From IMG/VR virus record IMGVR_UViG_3300045588_000058, positions 1-57,624 of that record: a stretch of 57,624 bases of DNA, one strand, 5' to 3'. This DNA comes from a virus (Duplodnaviria > Caudoviricetes). Below the pieces are notes generated by a model. It was not told where the DNA came from. It saw only the letters and a list, made by a program, of their open reading frames with translations, and did no database searches. Below are positions 1-13,900 of the stretch, one piece after another. Numbering within the stretch: the stretch's first letter is position 1; each line of letters opens with the position of its first letter. The position numbers and the translations under genes are program-made.

Positions 1-14
1 CATTTATAACCTAG

Positions 15-22
15 CAAATATA
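15..22 (-). promoter_or_regulatory. Bacteroidota sigma70-type -7 element (TATATTTG) for a gene starting at the window edge (ATG at 3..1)
   Basis: Minus strand reads TATATTTG = TAnnTTTG consensus, 11 nt upstream of an ATG; a second TATATTTG lies at 84-91. Confidence 0.5.
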
Positions 23-113
23 AATTTTATATTTCATATAATAAAATACAGAAATTATATATTTTTCATAATATAGCATAAGACAAATATATTTTAAGTT
101 TAACTAATTTATA

Positions 114-3100
114 CTATCTTATACCAAATTTTGATTGCATTCTAATATCAAGATCTTTGGCAAGTTCTGGAGAAAATAATGGTAGAAGAGCTGCCATTTG
201 ATTAGTAAATTTAAAAGACTTCATCCAGTATTTAATAACTTTGTTTTTTTCTTCTAGTTTTTCATCTCCTATTGCAATTGCATAATTTTCAATTAAAAAA
301 TTACTTAATGCTTTTCTGTAATTAGTTAACAATTGTACTGAAGGAAATATTCCTCCTGATACTAATGTACCAATACTAGTTGGATCATAAAAATATCCAA
401 TCTCATCTTTAAGTTTATCGATTGCTTTTAATGCAAACTTATGTTGATTTCTTACTAAAGGATCTTCATCAGGATCAGGAGCAAGTGCTTTTACTCCTAA
501 GTATAATGCAAACAAACCTGCATAAAACAATAAATCTACTAATTGATTTTTTAAATTTTGTTTAACAAGATCAGTAAATTCAGATTCCGTCATTTGAAAC
601 TCTTTGTTAGTATCAGTTTCATAATCAGCTTTCTTTTTTTCATAAAGCTCTCTGACAAATGACATTCCTTTATCATTTCCTTGTAATGTGTTAATAATAT
701 TTCCTAAAGATCCCATTAGATCTTCAGATATAACTCTAACAAACATTCTAGTTCTTCCCCATTCATATGCATCAGATGCAGCATTATATTTAACATTACC
801 CATACGTACATCTACAAGTCTTGGTATCCAGTTTTTAAACACCATGAATGATTTTCCATATACATTTAAATTAATTAAACGTTTATTCTCTTCTGTTAAA
901 TTTCCTAATGCATCACTAGTAAATTGTTGAACTTTTCTTCTAAGTTCAATTACAGAATCAGACTTTCTTTCAACGTTAGGGATAATAAACTCACCATCTA
1001 CAACTTTTCCTAATTCTAAAACACCTTTTTCTTTATTAAGTTTTTTAACATCTTCTTCAAACTTTTCAGATCTAGCATCTCTTTCACTTTGTGTCCCAGC
1101 ATAAAAGTCTTTATATTCATTAGTTGATTTTAAATATTCTCTAGTGTTAACCACTTCTCCATTTAAAACAATTGAGTTTTTTATAAAACTAAAGAAGTTG
1201 GTAGTCTGTACAGATTCCTCACCACTTCTCATCATTACCATTAAGAAATTTTGAACAGCTTCATCACTCAATTTATTAAGTGAAAGTTTTACATCAGCAT
1301 CTCTATTATAATTATCTGTAAATGGAATAAAATAATCTAAAGCAGCTAATGCTTTTTGTTTGTCTTCTCCCCCCATTTTATTTCCTAATAACCACATTTC
1401 TGTAGTTACAAAATCTGTTTTAGTAAAATACTTACCTGAATTTATAAAAGATTGTGTTTTACCACCAAATAAATTTGATATAGAAGATAAAGGATTCAAT
1501 CCTAATGTCATTACCTGGTATGAATTATTTAATTGTGTAATAACTTTATTTACAGAAACCTGTCGTCCATCTAATTCTTCAGGAAGTATTTTCATTCCTA
1601 ACTTTTTATTAACTCTTTCACCTAATTTACCAAATGTTCCTAATACTTGATCAAACGTATCACTCTGTATATATTGTTGTTGATAAATAATGGCTTTAAC
1701 CATATCTTCTACTAGTTTAGTATTCTCCGTATTATCTGGATTGTATTGCAATACACCATCTTTATATTCAGTTTTACCAAAATATGATGTTGCTATAGCT
1801 TTTTTATTTCTTTCTAGTCTAATAAGAGCTCTACCCTGAGCCTCTATATCAGAAAGATATTTAAACTTAATAGCAAACTCATTATACATTGCCATAGTTT
1901 TAAATAGATCTGTAGATACTTCTCCTTTTATCTTACCTGTTAAATATCTAGGTATAGTATCAATTGGCTTACCTGTGTTAGGATCAATTGCTCCATATCC
2001 TGTATCTCCTTCATCAACAGATATATTTCTTAAGAATTGTTCTCCTATTGTTACATCTCCTCCAAATATAAGTTTTTCTGTAAATCCTTTTCTAACCCAC
2101 GGAAGAAATGTTCTAGCATCTGCTGCATTTATATATCCTATACTTTGGTAGTATTGATTTCTTTCTTTAATGTAATTATAAAATTCTTTAGCTGGAACAT
2201 TTTCTGGTTTATTTAATTCTTTCCAATCAGAAGATTCCCAAGTTTCTCTTTTAGGGAACTTTTTTATTTCATTTTCAAGCAGCCATCCTACAGATTTATC
2301 TGATAAAATATTATAAAGATCACTAACTTTAGATTTCTCTCTAGCTATATCTTTGTTAATTTGTTCTTCTGTACCTACTCTATATGCAGCCTTATCATCA
2401 ATTCTTTGATACTCTTCTTCTCTTTTTTCCTCAAGGTGTTTTCTGTATGCCTCTACATCTACATTATCTTTAATCCAACTAATGTCTTTATCTTTAATTT
2501 TTTCTCTTAATGTAGAATAGAACTTAGGACCAAATTCATCAATTAATTCATTAGATTCTTTTTTCTTAAGCAAATCAAATTGGTTCTTAGCACTAAGTCC
2601 TTTACTAGATGCCCATTTTTGAAATGAATCTTTAATAGTAACAAGTTTCTTAACTTCTGTTTGAACATCCATTCCAGCTAAAGCATATGCTTTATTAGAT
2701 TTTTTAAACAACACTTCTAATGCTTTTAATTGAATTGTAGCAGTGTTACCAAACCATTTAGTTAATCCTTTTACTATCTTTTCAGCAGTGGCAGAACCAC
2801 CAACAAAGTTTTCTATATATTCTATATCAACATCTTTTAATTGGTCTTTATACTCTCTAGCATTATCAACAGTATCTCTAAGATCTTCTTTTAATTTTTT
2901 ATCTTCTTCAGATAATTCACCTTGAAATAAGAATTTTAATTCTGTATCTAGATTTATATAAGAATCCAAAGCTTGCTGTATAACTTCTAATGTATTAGAA
3001 AACTCACTAATCTCAGCTTCAGTGAACTTAGATTTATCTTCACCCTTAAATTTAGTATTATATATATCTATGGTAGATTGTATTTGTTTGTTTAATATTT

Positions 3101-4934
3101 TTGCTTGATACAATAATGGAGCAATGTTTTGTTTCATTTGCAATTGTCTAATTGCAGAAAATAAAGCATTCAATTGCTCAGCTTTATTTATTTTTTCTGA
3201 AGGAAGAGCTTTTTCTGAAGAAAGTTTTTTATAAATACCATTTAGTTTTTCTAATAAACCATCAATCTTTTTATTTCCAGTTTTTTCAGCTTCAAGTCCA
3301 ACAGGAATTAAATAATCTTCTGTTATGTTCTTAACATTTACATCACCAATTTTTATACTTAATAATTCAGGCATTGCTCCTGTCTTTCTATTAGCTTCTG
3401 AATAAACAGCTTTAATAGGAATCATCCTTGTTTGCTCAAAGTTTTCATTCTTAACATTATATACACGACTAATCATGTACTTATATTGTTCCATTTGAAT
3501 ATTCCACGCATTAATTTTATACCAAGGAATATCTTCATATTTATCTGTATTAAGATCCATAAACTTCCAGTCAAGAATATTTACCTTTCCTTCTGGTGTA
3601 ATAGCTAAGAAATCCACAGTACCAGCCATATCTCTTTTAGCATCATATAATGTAGCTTCAGACATAAATATAGTTCCTTTAGGAAATGTAGCAAGTCTAT
3701 CTTGAAGATTTTTTTTCAAAATATTATACATAGTCTTATCATTAGGATTTAATTGAGAAACATACCCATCATCATTTAATATTTCATCTCTTAATTTTCC
3801 ATTCTCATCAACAAATATTTCAAATGCATGCTCAAGATCAGCATGTCCTGCTGTACCTTTAGTTGCTTTTAAATCATTCACAGCTGTTGTGAACTCATCA
3901 TTAGTTAAGGATCCTTCACCTAGTCTTCTTTTATACCAATCTGATACAATATCAGAAACCCTTCTACTTATCTTTTTACCATCTATAGAATAGCCATCTT
4001 CTTCTTTTTGTATCTTATTAGCTATTTCTTTTATTGAATTATAGATTTGTTCTTGTTTAGTTGGTGCAGTTTGTTGTAAATAAATATCTTCACTTACTAT
4101 ATCTTTAGCTGTACCAATATCTTTACCAGAAAGTATATTCATAGAAGCTTGATCAAATCCACTTGTAATAAATAAGTTTCTTAAGTATTCAACTATTTCA
4201 GACCACCAATTTTCAACTTTAGCAATTTTCTCTGGACTCTCTGTAAGACCTTCAGATTGATTAATAACTACTTCAGCTAACACTTTACCTATAGCTTCTT
4301 TCTTTAGCTTACGAATGTCTGGTTTGCCTTCTGGAGTTTGATAATTAGGATCATCTGAGTAATCTCTAAGTACATCATTATAAATAGTATATCCACTAAT
4401 TTCTTTGAGTAATTGATTGAATAGTTTAGGATTTTTTTGTTCAATTATTTCCACAGCAAAGTGCATAGCTTCTTCAGGAAGAGCTTGCGCTTCTTTACCC
4501 TCTACTACTTGAATAAGCTTCTGCATCATTATAGCAGCACCATTAGCATCTTGCTTGATACCATCTATCACTATATTTTTTACATTTTTTATATCTACAC
4601 CAATACGTTTAGTGAAATCTTTTAATGCAGCAATAGTCTTTGGAGCAGCAGCTTTTGTTTCTGTTCCTACTTTTTGTTTGTAAACTATACCTTTAGCTTT
4701 ATCTATTTGTCTAAATACTAATCTATTAGGAATAGCTTTGTCATTTTCTTCTAAAAATAAATTTCCTTTAACATTGAACTTATTCCTAGCATACTCAGAC
4801 CATCTCTTATTTAATTTTCTAAATAAATTAGTATCCTTGATATTCAAATATTTATCTATAGCACCTTTAGTTCTTAAAGATGCTTTAGACGATGCTTCTG
4901 ATGTTACAAATTTTTTCTTATCGTTACAAGCCAT
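114..4934 (-). CDS. Large virion/ejection protein with PD-(D/E)xK nuclease-like domain and degenerate zincin-like motif
   Basis: 1606 aa directly after the vRNAP gene; KGTAGHADLE...GTVDFLAITPEGKVNILDWK nuclease motifs; LPEEAMHF; hydrophobic helix LLFYAGLFALYLGV near C-terminus. Confidence 0.75.
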   Translation of the reverse strand: MACNDKKKFVTSEASSKASLRTKGAIDKYLNIKDTNLFRKLNKRWSEYARNKFNVKGNLFLEENDKAIPNRLVFRQIDKAKGIVYKQKVGTETKAAAPKTIAALKDFTKRIGVDIKNVKNIVIDGIKQDANGAAIMMQKLIQVVEGKEAQALPEEAMHFAVEIIEQKNPKLFNQLLKEISGYTIYNDVLRDYSDDPNYQTPEGKPDIRKLKKEAIGKVLAEVVINQSEGLTESPEKIAKVENWWSEIVEYLRNLFITSGFDQASMNILSGKDIGTAKDIVSEDIYLQQTAPTKQEQIYNSIKEIANKIQKEEDGYSIDGKKISRRVSDIVSDWYKRRLGEGSLTNDEFTTAVNDLKATKGTAGHADLEHAFEIFVDENGKLRDEILNDDGYVSQLNPNDKTMYNILKKNLQDRLATFPKGTIFMSEATLYDAKRDMAGTVDFLAITPEGKVNILDWKFMDLNTDKYEDIPWYKINAWNIQMEQYKYMISRVYNVKNENFEQTRMIPIKAVYSEANRKTGAMPELLSIKIGDVNVKNITEDYLIPVGLEAEKTGNKKIDGLLEKLNGIYKKLSSEKALPSEKINKAEQLNALFSAIRQLQMKQNIAPLLYQAKILNKQIQSTIDIYNTKFKGEDKSKFTEAEISEFSNTLEVIQQALDSYINLDTELKFLFQGELSEEDKKLKEDLRDTVDNAREYKDQLKDVDIEYIENFVGGSATAEKIVKGLTKWFGNTATIQLKALEVLFKKSNKAYALAGMDVQTEVKKLVTIKDSFQKWASSKGLSAKNQFDLLKKKESNELIDEFGPKFYSTLREKIKDKDISWIKDNVDVEAYRKHLEEKREEEYQRIDDKAAYRVGTEEQINKDIAREKSKVSDLYNILSDKSVGWLLENEIKKFPKRETWESSDWKELNKPENVPAKEFYNYIKERNQYYQSIGYINAADARTFLPWVRKGFTEKLIFGGDVTIGEQFLRNISVDEGDTGYGAIDPNTGKPIDTIPRYLTGKIKGEVSTDLFKTMAMYNEFAIKFKYLSDIEAQGRALIRLERNKKAIATSYFGKTEYKDGVLQYNPDNTENTKLVEDMVKAIIYQQQYIQSDTFDQVLGTFGKLGERVNKKLGMKILPEELDGRQVSVNKVITQLNNSYQVMTLGLNPLSSISNLFGGKTQSFINSGKYFTKTDFVTTEMWLLGNKMGGEDKQKALAALDYFIPFTDNYNRDADVKLSLNKLSDEAVQNFLMVMMRSGEESVQTTNFFSFIKNSIVLNGEVVNTREYLKSTNEYKDFYAGTQSERDARSEKFEEDVKKLNKEKGVLELGKVVDGEFIIPNVERKSDSVIELRRKVQQFTSDALGNLTEENKRLINLNVYGKSFMVFKNWIPRLVDVRMGNVKYNAASDAYEWGRTRMFVRVISEDLMGSLGNIINTLQGNDKGMSFVRELYEKKKADYETDTNKEFQMTESEFTDLVKQNLKNQLVDLLFYAGLFALYLGVKALAPDPDEDPLVRNQHKFALKAIDKLKDEIGYFYDPTSIGTLVSGGIFPSVQLLTNYRKALSNFLIENYAIAIGDEKLEEKNKVIKYWMKSFKFTNQMAALLPLFSPELAKDLDIRMQSKFGIR

Positions 4935-4955
4935 TGTTAGTTTTATTTATTTTTA

Positions 4956-7900
4956 TTAAAAAGGTTCACAAGTATCATTATTTTCTTCTTGCTCCCATGT
5001 TTCATCACTGAACAAAGATAGTTGATTTGGATCTACAAATTCTTTTTCTGAAAGATCTATTCCATATTGTTTTAAATATTCTATAGCACTTAATTTTTCT
5101 TCTGCAGATAGGTATTTGTTACTTTCATCAGAAACATCTGATAATATATCTTCTATTGATTCATATTCAATACTACCAGATTTTGAAGGTATATTATATA
5201 CAGCATTAGGAACAACAGCTATAAAGAACTTATTACTAAACCCTTTAGTTACTAACTCAGCATCACCTTTTAAGTTTAAAGCATCTTCTACATTGTTCTC
5301 ATCAACTTTAACATTTTTTTCATTTACACCTTTTCCAGTAGAAATGTAATACTCTTGATTGATTAATTGATCTCTTACATTTTGTTTATCAATAGCTTTA
5401 TATTCATTTGATAATTCAGCAGCATCAACCTTAACTGAAACATTATAGTTTTTATTTAAATCCGTTATTGCAGCTTGATTGATTCTATCTTCATATTGAC
5501 CTGTAGTTTCACCTTCTTGTTTAAGAATGGTATCATGCTTCACTTCATGAATTAATGCAAATGTAAACCACTCATCCATTGTACTAAATTGATTTTCAGC
5601 AAGAGGAGTTGCAAAAGATCCATCTAATTGTTTAGCAGGTTTAGTCCAAGCTTTATCTTCAAACTTCTGAGCCATTGCTTTTTGATTAATACTTATAATG
5701 CCTGTTTTTTTACTATTACTCATTGCCACTACAGTTTCTTTTGTTGTAGCAATGTTATCTACAAAGTTAAGAGTTTTTTTTCTGAATGATTTCTGAGCCA
5801 TACCTTTTTCAAAAGTAAATAATTCTCTTTGTTTAACTACAGGTTTATCTAATGCCAACCATTCTTTCAATCCTTCTTTAGCCTCTTCAGGACTATTATA
5901 TTCATCAGCAGTTGAACCATCCTCAGTACGAATAACTTCATTACCCATCAATTTGAATTTTGGTTGTATTTCTTCAGGTACTAAATCATCACTCACTTCT
6001 TCAAACTCAGTATATTCTTTTTTTGATACTGGAGCTTCAATTGCTGGTAAAGGTACAACATCTTCTTTTACTAAACCAGCACCATAATAATTAATAATGT
6101 CAGCATTAGGAATTTCTGTATCAATTTTTATTGAACCATTATCAATAACTGATGGTTTGAAATATTCATAGTTTTCTGTAGCCCTATCACCATCTCCATA
6201 CAGATTGATAAGTTTGTATACATGATGACCTATTATCTCCTTTTTAATTTTCTTATATACAATCAATGGTTGTCCATACTCATTCTTAACTTTTACATAT
6301 CCAAAATAATCTTTTAATGAATAATCCCCTTTAGCTTTTCTTCTAGCATAATCAGCTGAACTAACCTCTCTACCAGTAACCATGTCTATACCACCTATAA
6401 CTCTAGGAATTTTAACATAATCATTTTTCAAATCCATAAAGTTATATTTCTCACTAAGAAATAAGATTTTTCTATCTTCAGATTTTATACCAAGACCTTC
6501 TGCTGATGGAAATGAGTAAGAGAAGTATTTATACAGATCTCCTTCTGGTGTGCGTATAGGTTCTTCTGTAAATGATTGGAAGAACTTGATATTTTCTACA
6601 ATAGAAAATACATCAGAGTTTCTAAAATTGTTTCTTTGGTACCATCCTTTAGTAAACTCATCAAGACTTTGATTAGCTACAAGTCCAGAAATAATTGGTT
6701 CAACTATGGCACTATAATCTTCTATTGGAATAATCTCTCTAATAGATAACGGAGAAGCATATGTTCCTTGTAATATAGATAGTTCTACAATATCTTTATA
6801 TAATTGATTTGTTGCAGGAGTATCTCTAAGTTCTCTCATCATTCCTGTATACATATTCTTATCAGTAGCATTTTCAGGTCTTGTTTTTAGTCTAATAGTT
6901 TTTACACCATCAGGTCTTTCTCCTGTATCAGCTTGTAACTCTTTGAGAATTTGTAAACTTGGATTAGTCTTTTTAGCTACCTCTAGTCTAACTGCTACAG
7001 AAGTGTTATCATCTATAAGCAATTCTTTTATTCTATCACTATATTTAGTATCATTCTGTACAACATAGTCAATGAATGCAGCTTTGATCTCCACTGCTAT
7101 TTTCTCAAACTTATCATTAGCTAAATACTCATTGTCACCAAAACTTCTAAGAACAGTGTTAGTTATTTCTTTAAACTCAAGTTGATCAAGTTTAAGAACA
7201 GCTCCCATTGCTTCTGTAGATTTATCTAAAAATTTAGACTGCGGTCCAATGAATGTAGAATTTAATATATTATCAACAGAACTTATTATATTTGTGTCTA
7301 TTGCAGTTTGTGTTCTCCATTGTTTCTTAGAAAGTGTTTCTGCACTTCTTAATTTAATAGTGTCATAGTTTGTAGCTTGTGTAAATTTAAAATTAAACTC
7401 AGCCATCTTAGCATATTTTAAGAACTCATCAAGAATTTTATGCTGTTCAGCATTTCTTATAGTATTAAATTCAATTCCTGCATAATAATCTTTAATGTTA
7501 CCATCTAAATTTGTAATATTAAGTGATGTTGATTCAAGATTAGCTTCAGTAGTTACAAATCTATCTTTAATTGCTCCAATATTTTTTTGATTGAATAAAC
7601 CCTTAGCACTTATACTATTTAAATATTTTAAATATTGTGAAATAATTGGTTGATTTACGAACATTGCTGCTTGTTCACCTGCACCAATATTTTCAAGAAA
7701 CATAAATGTACCAATAGCAAGATCTGATTGTATAATCTTTGTTATATAATCATCTTTAGCTACATCCACAAAAGATGTAGCATATCCAGAAAGTCTATCA
7801 GAAATAAGTTCAGTTGAATCTTTTACTGTTGTTCCAGATAAAGAAATTCTTTCTTCTCCATCAATCAAGACTGTGTTATGTTTCAATGCAATCTCTCCAT

Positions 7901-10900
7901 CTCCTAAGAATTTTTCATCTTGTATAGATAATCCTGAAAACCTTAAAGGATCAATGTACACTTCACTCTTTTGTTTCAACGAAAGATTTGTAATATTAAC
8001 AGCTGCAATACCTACCCAACGTTTAGCTGTAACAAATGAGTTTCTAAGACTAGTCAAATAATTTCTATTAAGCATTCTATTCTTAATAGTTGTTTCATCA
8101 TATCCTCTTAACTCATCTAATTTAATAGATAATGCTTTAAGTCCAGCATCACCAATAGGAGCAATAAGTCTATCAAAGTTTTCTGGTAATGTTATAAGTT
8201 TCTCAAGAGAATCATAATATTCATTCTCTAAGGATTTTTTATACATCTCATTTATAATAGTTTCTTTTATTCCTTGTTCAGTTAATGATTTAGTAAAGTC
8301 ATCAATAATATCTTCATCGGAGAATACACCAAGATTACTAAACATACTCTTAACAAGTCTATCTTCGTACTCAGAATCTTTACTAAAAGCAAGTTCTTCT
8401 TCTAGTTGTTTAGATTGTTCTTTAGTAAAAAGTAATCCTTTATCAAACATATCACCATAGTGCTCTTTAGTAGCTTCTTCAGATCCCATGTATTTGATTA
8501 GTCTAACATCTCCATTCTTATCTAGGTAAGTAGATTTAAGATACATGTTTAACTTATCAATATCAAAATCCGATCCTGCTTTAGTTGTAATTTCTGAGGG
8601 AACAACAACAGTTGCTCCCATATATTGTGGAAGAAACCCTTTTACTCTAATTGCTTCTACAGAAGATAATGCTTGTGTAGGAATACGGAAACCAATTCCT
8701 TGTAACAAAGCTTTTCCATCGGGTGTAGTATTTAAATATTCTATTAACTCTGTATCTGTTTTACCTACATGTTGACCAAGTTTACCTTTAAACCAATGAG
8801 GAAGTAGTATTTCACAATAAGGATCTTGTTTAGTGTAAAACTTAAGTGTATCATCAGTTAACATCACTTTCTTTTTATCTGCATCAGAAAGAGCATTGTA
8901 AGCTTCCTTAGATATTTTTTTCCAACCCTCTGCTGTTTTAATAGCAAGACTTCTTCCTTTAGTTGCTTGCTCAAACATTGTTGCAGGAACCTGCACATGA
9001 GCACCACCATTCATTTTAGGAGAGATGATAGCTTTATCAATTAATGAATAAAGAATATTTCTTATCTCAATATAAGAAGGAGATGCTTCAAATGGAATTC
9101 TAAATTGTTCATTCTCATCAAGTTGCAATGTATCAATTGTATTATCTGATACTTCTCTTCTTAACATTTCATACATAAGAGTTTCAGATACAGCTCTACC
9201 ATTTTTAAGTGTAAACCCATTTCCATTATCTACAACACCAAGTTTTCTTAAAAGAGTGTTGTACCCATTTTGATGTAAATCATTTAAGATTTTTACATTA
9301 CGATTGTACTCATCTCTAATAGCTTTTTGTCTTTCAAGTGTAGCTCCAATAGTCTGACCATTATCAAATAAATCCATACTTGATAACTTAGTAAGCTGAG
9401 AACCTCTAGTTTGTTCTTTAGGCCCTTCTGTTGTAGTTTCTACCTGAATCCCGTAAGCTTTCCAAGGAATTTGAACATTATTATTAAATGCTTCATCATT
9501 GAAGTCACCATTACTATTATATAATGAATGCAACTCTTCAGCTCCAGCCTTTCTACCAGACTCAACAATAGCATACCCTATACCAGCATTAAACATTTTA
9601 GTATAAAGTTTCTCCATAGTAGTTCCTTCTACCATACTGTAATAAATAGGCATTTGTGAAAATTTATCTAATACAATATCTAAATTGTTTTTACCATATT
9701 TATTACCAGATACAATAGGTTTTAATATTTCAATTACATGTTTAGGTTGTTTAGTCTTCATTAAATCAACATCATGTCTCTCAAGATTATTACTAGTGTA
9801 GTTATAACTAGGAAAATTTTGTCTGGTATAAGCCATTTGCCATTGATGCCAAGCTTCAGCTTCTTGACTCCATTGACCATTTTTAAGTTTAATCTCTCTA
9901 TACGTACCATCCATTAACCAAGACATTGCATCTGCCTCATTTGTTTTACCATAAACAGATATAACATTACTAAGACTTCCTGCAATAGTTATATCTTTAA
10001 ATGTAACAGTGTTTGTGTAAGCTTTGAATTGTTGGTATCCAGGATCTCCAGGTTTTAAATTAATCTCACCAATTTTATTTAAGTTTTGATTCAAGAATGT
10101 ATTAAACTCAGGAGTATCAAATGTAGTTCTTCTAGGAGATAGAAAAGATTTAATACGTTTAGGTTCATCTAAAGAACCATCTTTCTTAATAGCAAATTGA
10201 TAAGGATCTCCAAATAAAACTTTATGATACTCAATATTATTAATAATGTAATTAACATTAGCAAAAGTTAATATATCATTTACTGTTTTATCAGAAAGAG
10301 CAGATTTATTTAATGATTCATCTTTTACAAATGAATCAATTAACCCAACGTAAGAAAATGTATCAGGCTTAACTAATACAATTTGTTTATTTTCTTCAAG
10401 TATAGCTCTTGTTTCAGCAACAGTTGACTCTATGTACTCTTTTATAGAAGCATTAATATCTTCTGAATTATTACTAATATACTCATCAATTGTTTCCATA
10501 GAAGCATTATCTTCTATAAGTTCATTTATATCAGTTAGTGCTTTTTCAGAAAGTATATCTTTGAAGAATCTTAGTTCTTTAGCTTTATCTTTAACACTTT
10601 TTAATTTTTCTCTATTTGCAAAATCCAAAGCAAGAGCTATATCATCTTTTAAATATCCTTTAAATATCTTATTGATTTTACTCCAAGCTCTACCACCTTC
10701 AATCTCTTTTAGTTTTATGTTATTACCAAGATTCATCATCCATTCTGTAGAACCATCTGCAGGAATCAATACGTAATAATTACCATCAAGATTTTGATTT
10801 ATCTCTTGTGTAAATCTTTCCCCTAAAGATAGTTTACTTGTAACAATACCTTTATTAGTATCAATAAGTTTTGTTCCCTGTATGTAAGAAACTTTCATTT

Positions 10901-13900
10901 CTTTAATTCTCACACCATTGTCATCAAAAAATAATCCACCTTTCTTCAAGACTTGACTTCCTTTAGAATAAACATCTTTTAATTCAGGTCTTCTTTCTAA
11001 CAACTCATCAAGTGTATTAGATTCGTTGAATTCATTTTCAAATAATGAAGGAGCATTGTTCTCAGCAAAGGCACCCATCTTCTGTCCTTCTACTCCTGAG
11101 TATGTACTTTCTTGATTAGGGTTAGTCACCTTGTTATATAGTTCTGCTAACTTAGATAACTGACCATTAATATTACCAAGAGTTTTTCCTGTTATAGTCA
11201 TTATATTTTTCTCAGCACCTAGATATGTTTTAATAGCACTTATTGCTTTCTCAAAGGAAACTTGTTCAATATCTTTTAATTTATTATAAACTTCTAATGA
11301 AAAGTCAATACCTATCTCTTTTAAGAAATCAACTTTTTCTTGTGGAAATTTAATTGGTAGATTTTGTATTTTTTCAGTATCAACTTGATATGTTTTATTA
11401 GTTTTATTATAACTAATCAATGATGCATCAGATGAAGCTAACATTTTAATGTTCTCCATCCAACCTTTTTGAGTTTGTTTAATTGCTGTATATAAATTAG
11501 CAGGAGCTACATAAACTTCTTGTCCTTCTTTATATTGAATTAACGCATCAGGTTTTTGTTTAGTGAACGTTTGTGTAAATTGAATAAAATATCTCCAATC
11601 ATTTACATCAAAATCAATAAATGGAACACTTCTATTAGATAACTTACCACCAACACGTTGAAACAATCTAACGTAGTTAGAATCATCTTTAGCTAAGTCA
11701 CTAAGTTTATTTACCATCTTTGTAACAGATGTAGTATTTGAAAGTTTATCTAACACTGTAGCAAATGCTCTAGTAAAGTTTAAAAGTTTAAATCCAACTA
11801 CACTAGACACTTTAGGAGCAGGTAGTTTGAATGAAAGAGCATTCTCTTGATTAGTTGCTTGTACTTCTAATAATGTAGCTAATGAAAACTTAATGGCTCC
11901 TGTAGAATTCTTTTTCCAATCTGTTGAAAAAGGTTCTGGAGCATAATCATTTTTATTTGTAGCTTCATCATTAATGCTAACTTTATCTTCTTCATTGAAA
12001 CTTATACCTAATGTACGTAAAGATATTGTTGTTTTTTCTTTAAGTTGAGTCCATGCAACATCTCCTAATAGTTCTATTTTACTAAAACCATTAGCATAAC
12101 GCTCATTACTATATTGTGTTTTTATTTTATCATACATAGAATTACTAGTAATCCCATCAGGAGAAAATAATAAACCTTTCTCTCCTTCACTATATAATAT
12201 ACCTGCAGCTCTAGCTGTCATATCTTGAACAAACTCTCTTGTTTGTTGTTCAGTTAAACCTTCTACAGCTCTATATTCAGCAGCTTCATTAATTACATTT
12301 GGTGATAATGTTCTTTCTTTAAATTTACCTGTATCAATTGCTTTAAATAAATCTTGTTTTAATGAAGGGTTACTTATAAATGATCTAAAGAAATTTATTA
12401 TCTTAGCAAAGAAATTACGAATAGCTTCTCCTAATGATCTAGCTGGAAGTTTTCCTTTTCTAAAATCAGAGAAGTCATCTGCTATTCTTTCTTTAGCTTG
12501 AAGATCTGTAGCATCTGCATAGTTTATCTTCTTACCAGATTGTCTATCTGTAAATACACCTGGTTTAGCTTTAAATTCATCAAGTAATGCTTGTTGTTCT
12601 TCAGGAGATAGCATACCTTTATATATACCTTCAAATACCTCATGATATTCTGTACCTCTTAATCCACCTCTTACAAATTTAGCAACACCTTCTTCAAATA
12701 CACCCCATGCTTTTATGTCTCCTCTTTCAATGATATTTTCTAATATCTGAAAAGGAATATTTGGTACATTATCAGCATGCCATGTTTTGAATAATTGAAT
12801 CTCTGCATCAGTCATTCTTTCATTACCATCAGCACCAACAGCTCTATACCCAGGAAGATTAGCAGGTCCTCCACTAAATCTATCTGCACCTGTAGGTATT
12901 TCTTTTTTCTCTTCTTCAACAACTGGAGCTTCTTCAACAACTGTTTCTTCTACTACAGGAGCTGCAGCTGCATCTTTCTTATTCTGTAAATCACTAGCAA
13001 TAGTGTTTGCTAAATAATCAAATACATATTCCTCATCAGTTTTGGTGAGGTCAAATTCTTGTTCTTTTTCTAATGCAATATTTTTAAGTGCAGGAATAAT
13101 AACTTGATCAACAACTTTTTTACCATCAGCAGTTTTGTTTGTTGCTATTGCTTTTGTTGTATCATTACTTTCTATTTGTACAGCCACTTTACCATTCTCA
13201 TCATATGCTGCTGTAAAGCTCACAGGACGATCTCCAGATAATGTATATGTATTTGGTGTATCATTACCAATAGTATATTCTCCTATCTTCTCAGTACCAG
13301 GTGCTGATGGTTCAGCAGCTTTAACTTCAACCGTAGGAGTAGGAATAGATAATCCCATACTCTCTATTGTAGCATATCTTTGTTTGAATGAATAAGGAAG
13401 ATCTGCAGTTGGTGCAGCTACAGACGTTGTTAATGGTGTACTATCTACTGCTCTTGCAGATCCATCAGGATTCTTATCTGATAGTAAATATGTTTGATAG
13501 TTCTTCCATTCAATTGGTTCTTTGTTTAATTCTCCATTCTTATCTAATGTATATTCTAAGAACTCATCATCGAATTTTTTAGTAAGTGTAGTGTTATTAA
13601 TTGCATTGAATGCCTCTTTCAAGTTATCAACTATCTCTTTCTCATTATTTGCTATTTCAGACATAGAGTATTCTTTCCCTCCTATCTGAATAGTCATTGC
13701 ACTTGTATTAATGTTTATCTGATTGTTAGTCTTTGTTTGACCTACTCTCCAATATAAAACATTCTGTAAGTAATCACTATAGTCTCTGTTAAGTCTGATA
13801 GGAGCTCCTGATTCAGATTGAGCAACAGTATCTGCAGCAAACGCTTTTACCACTTGAAATATAGTGGAAGCTTCTTTAGTATTAAACTTCTTGTTGTTTA

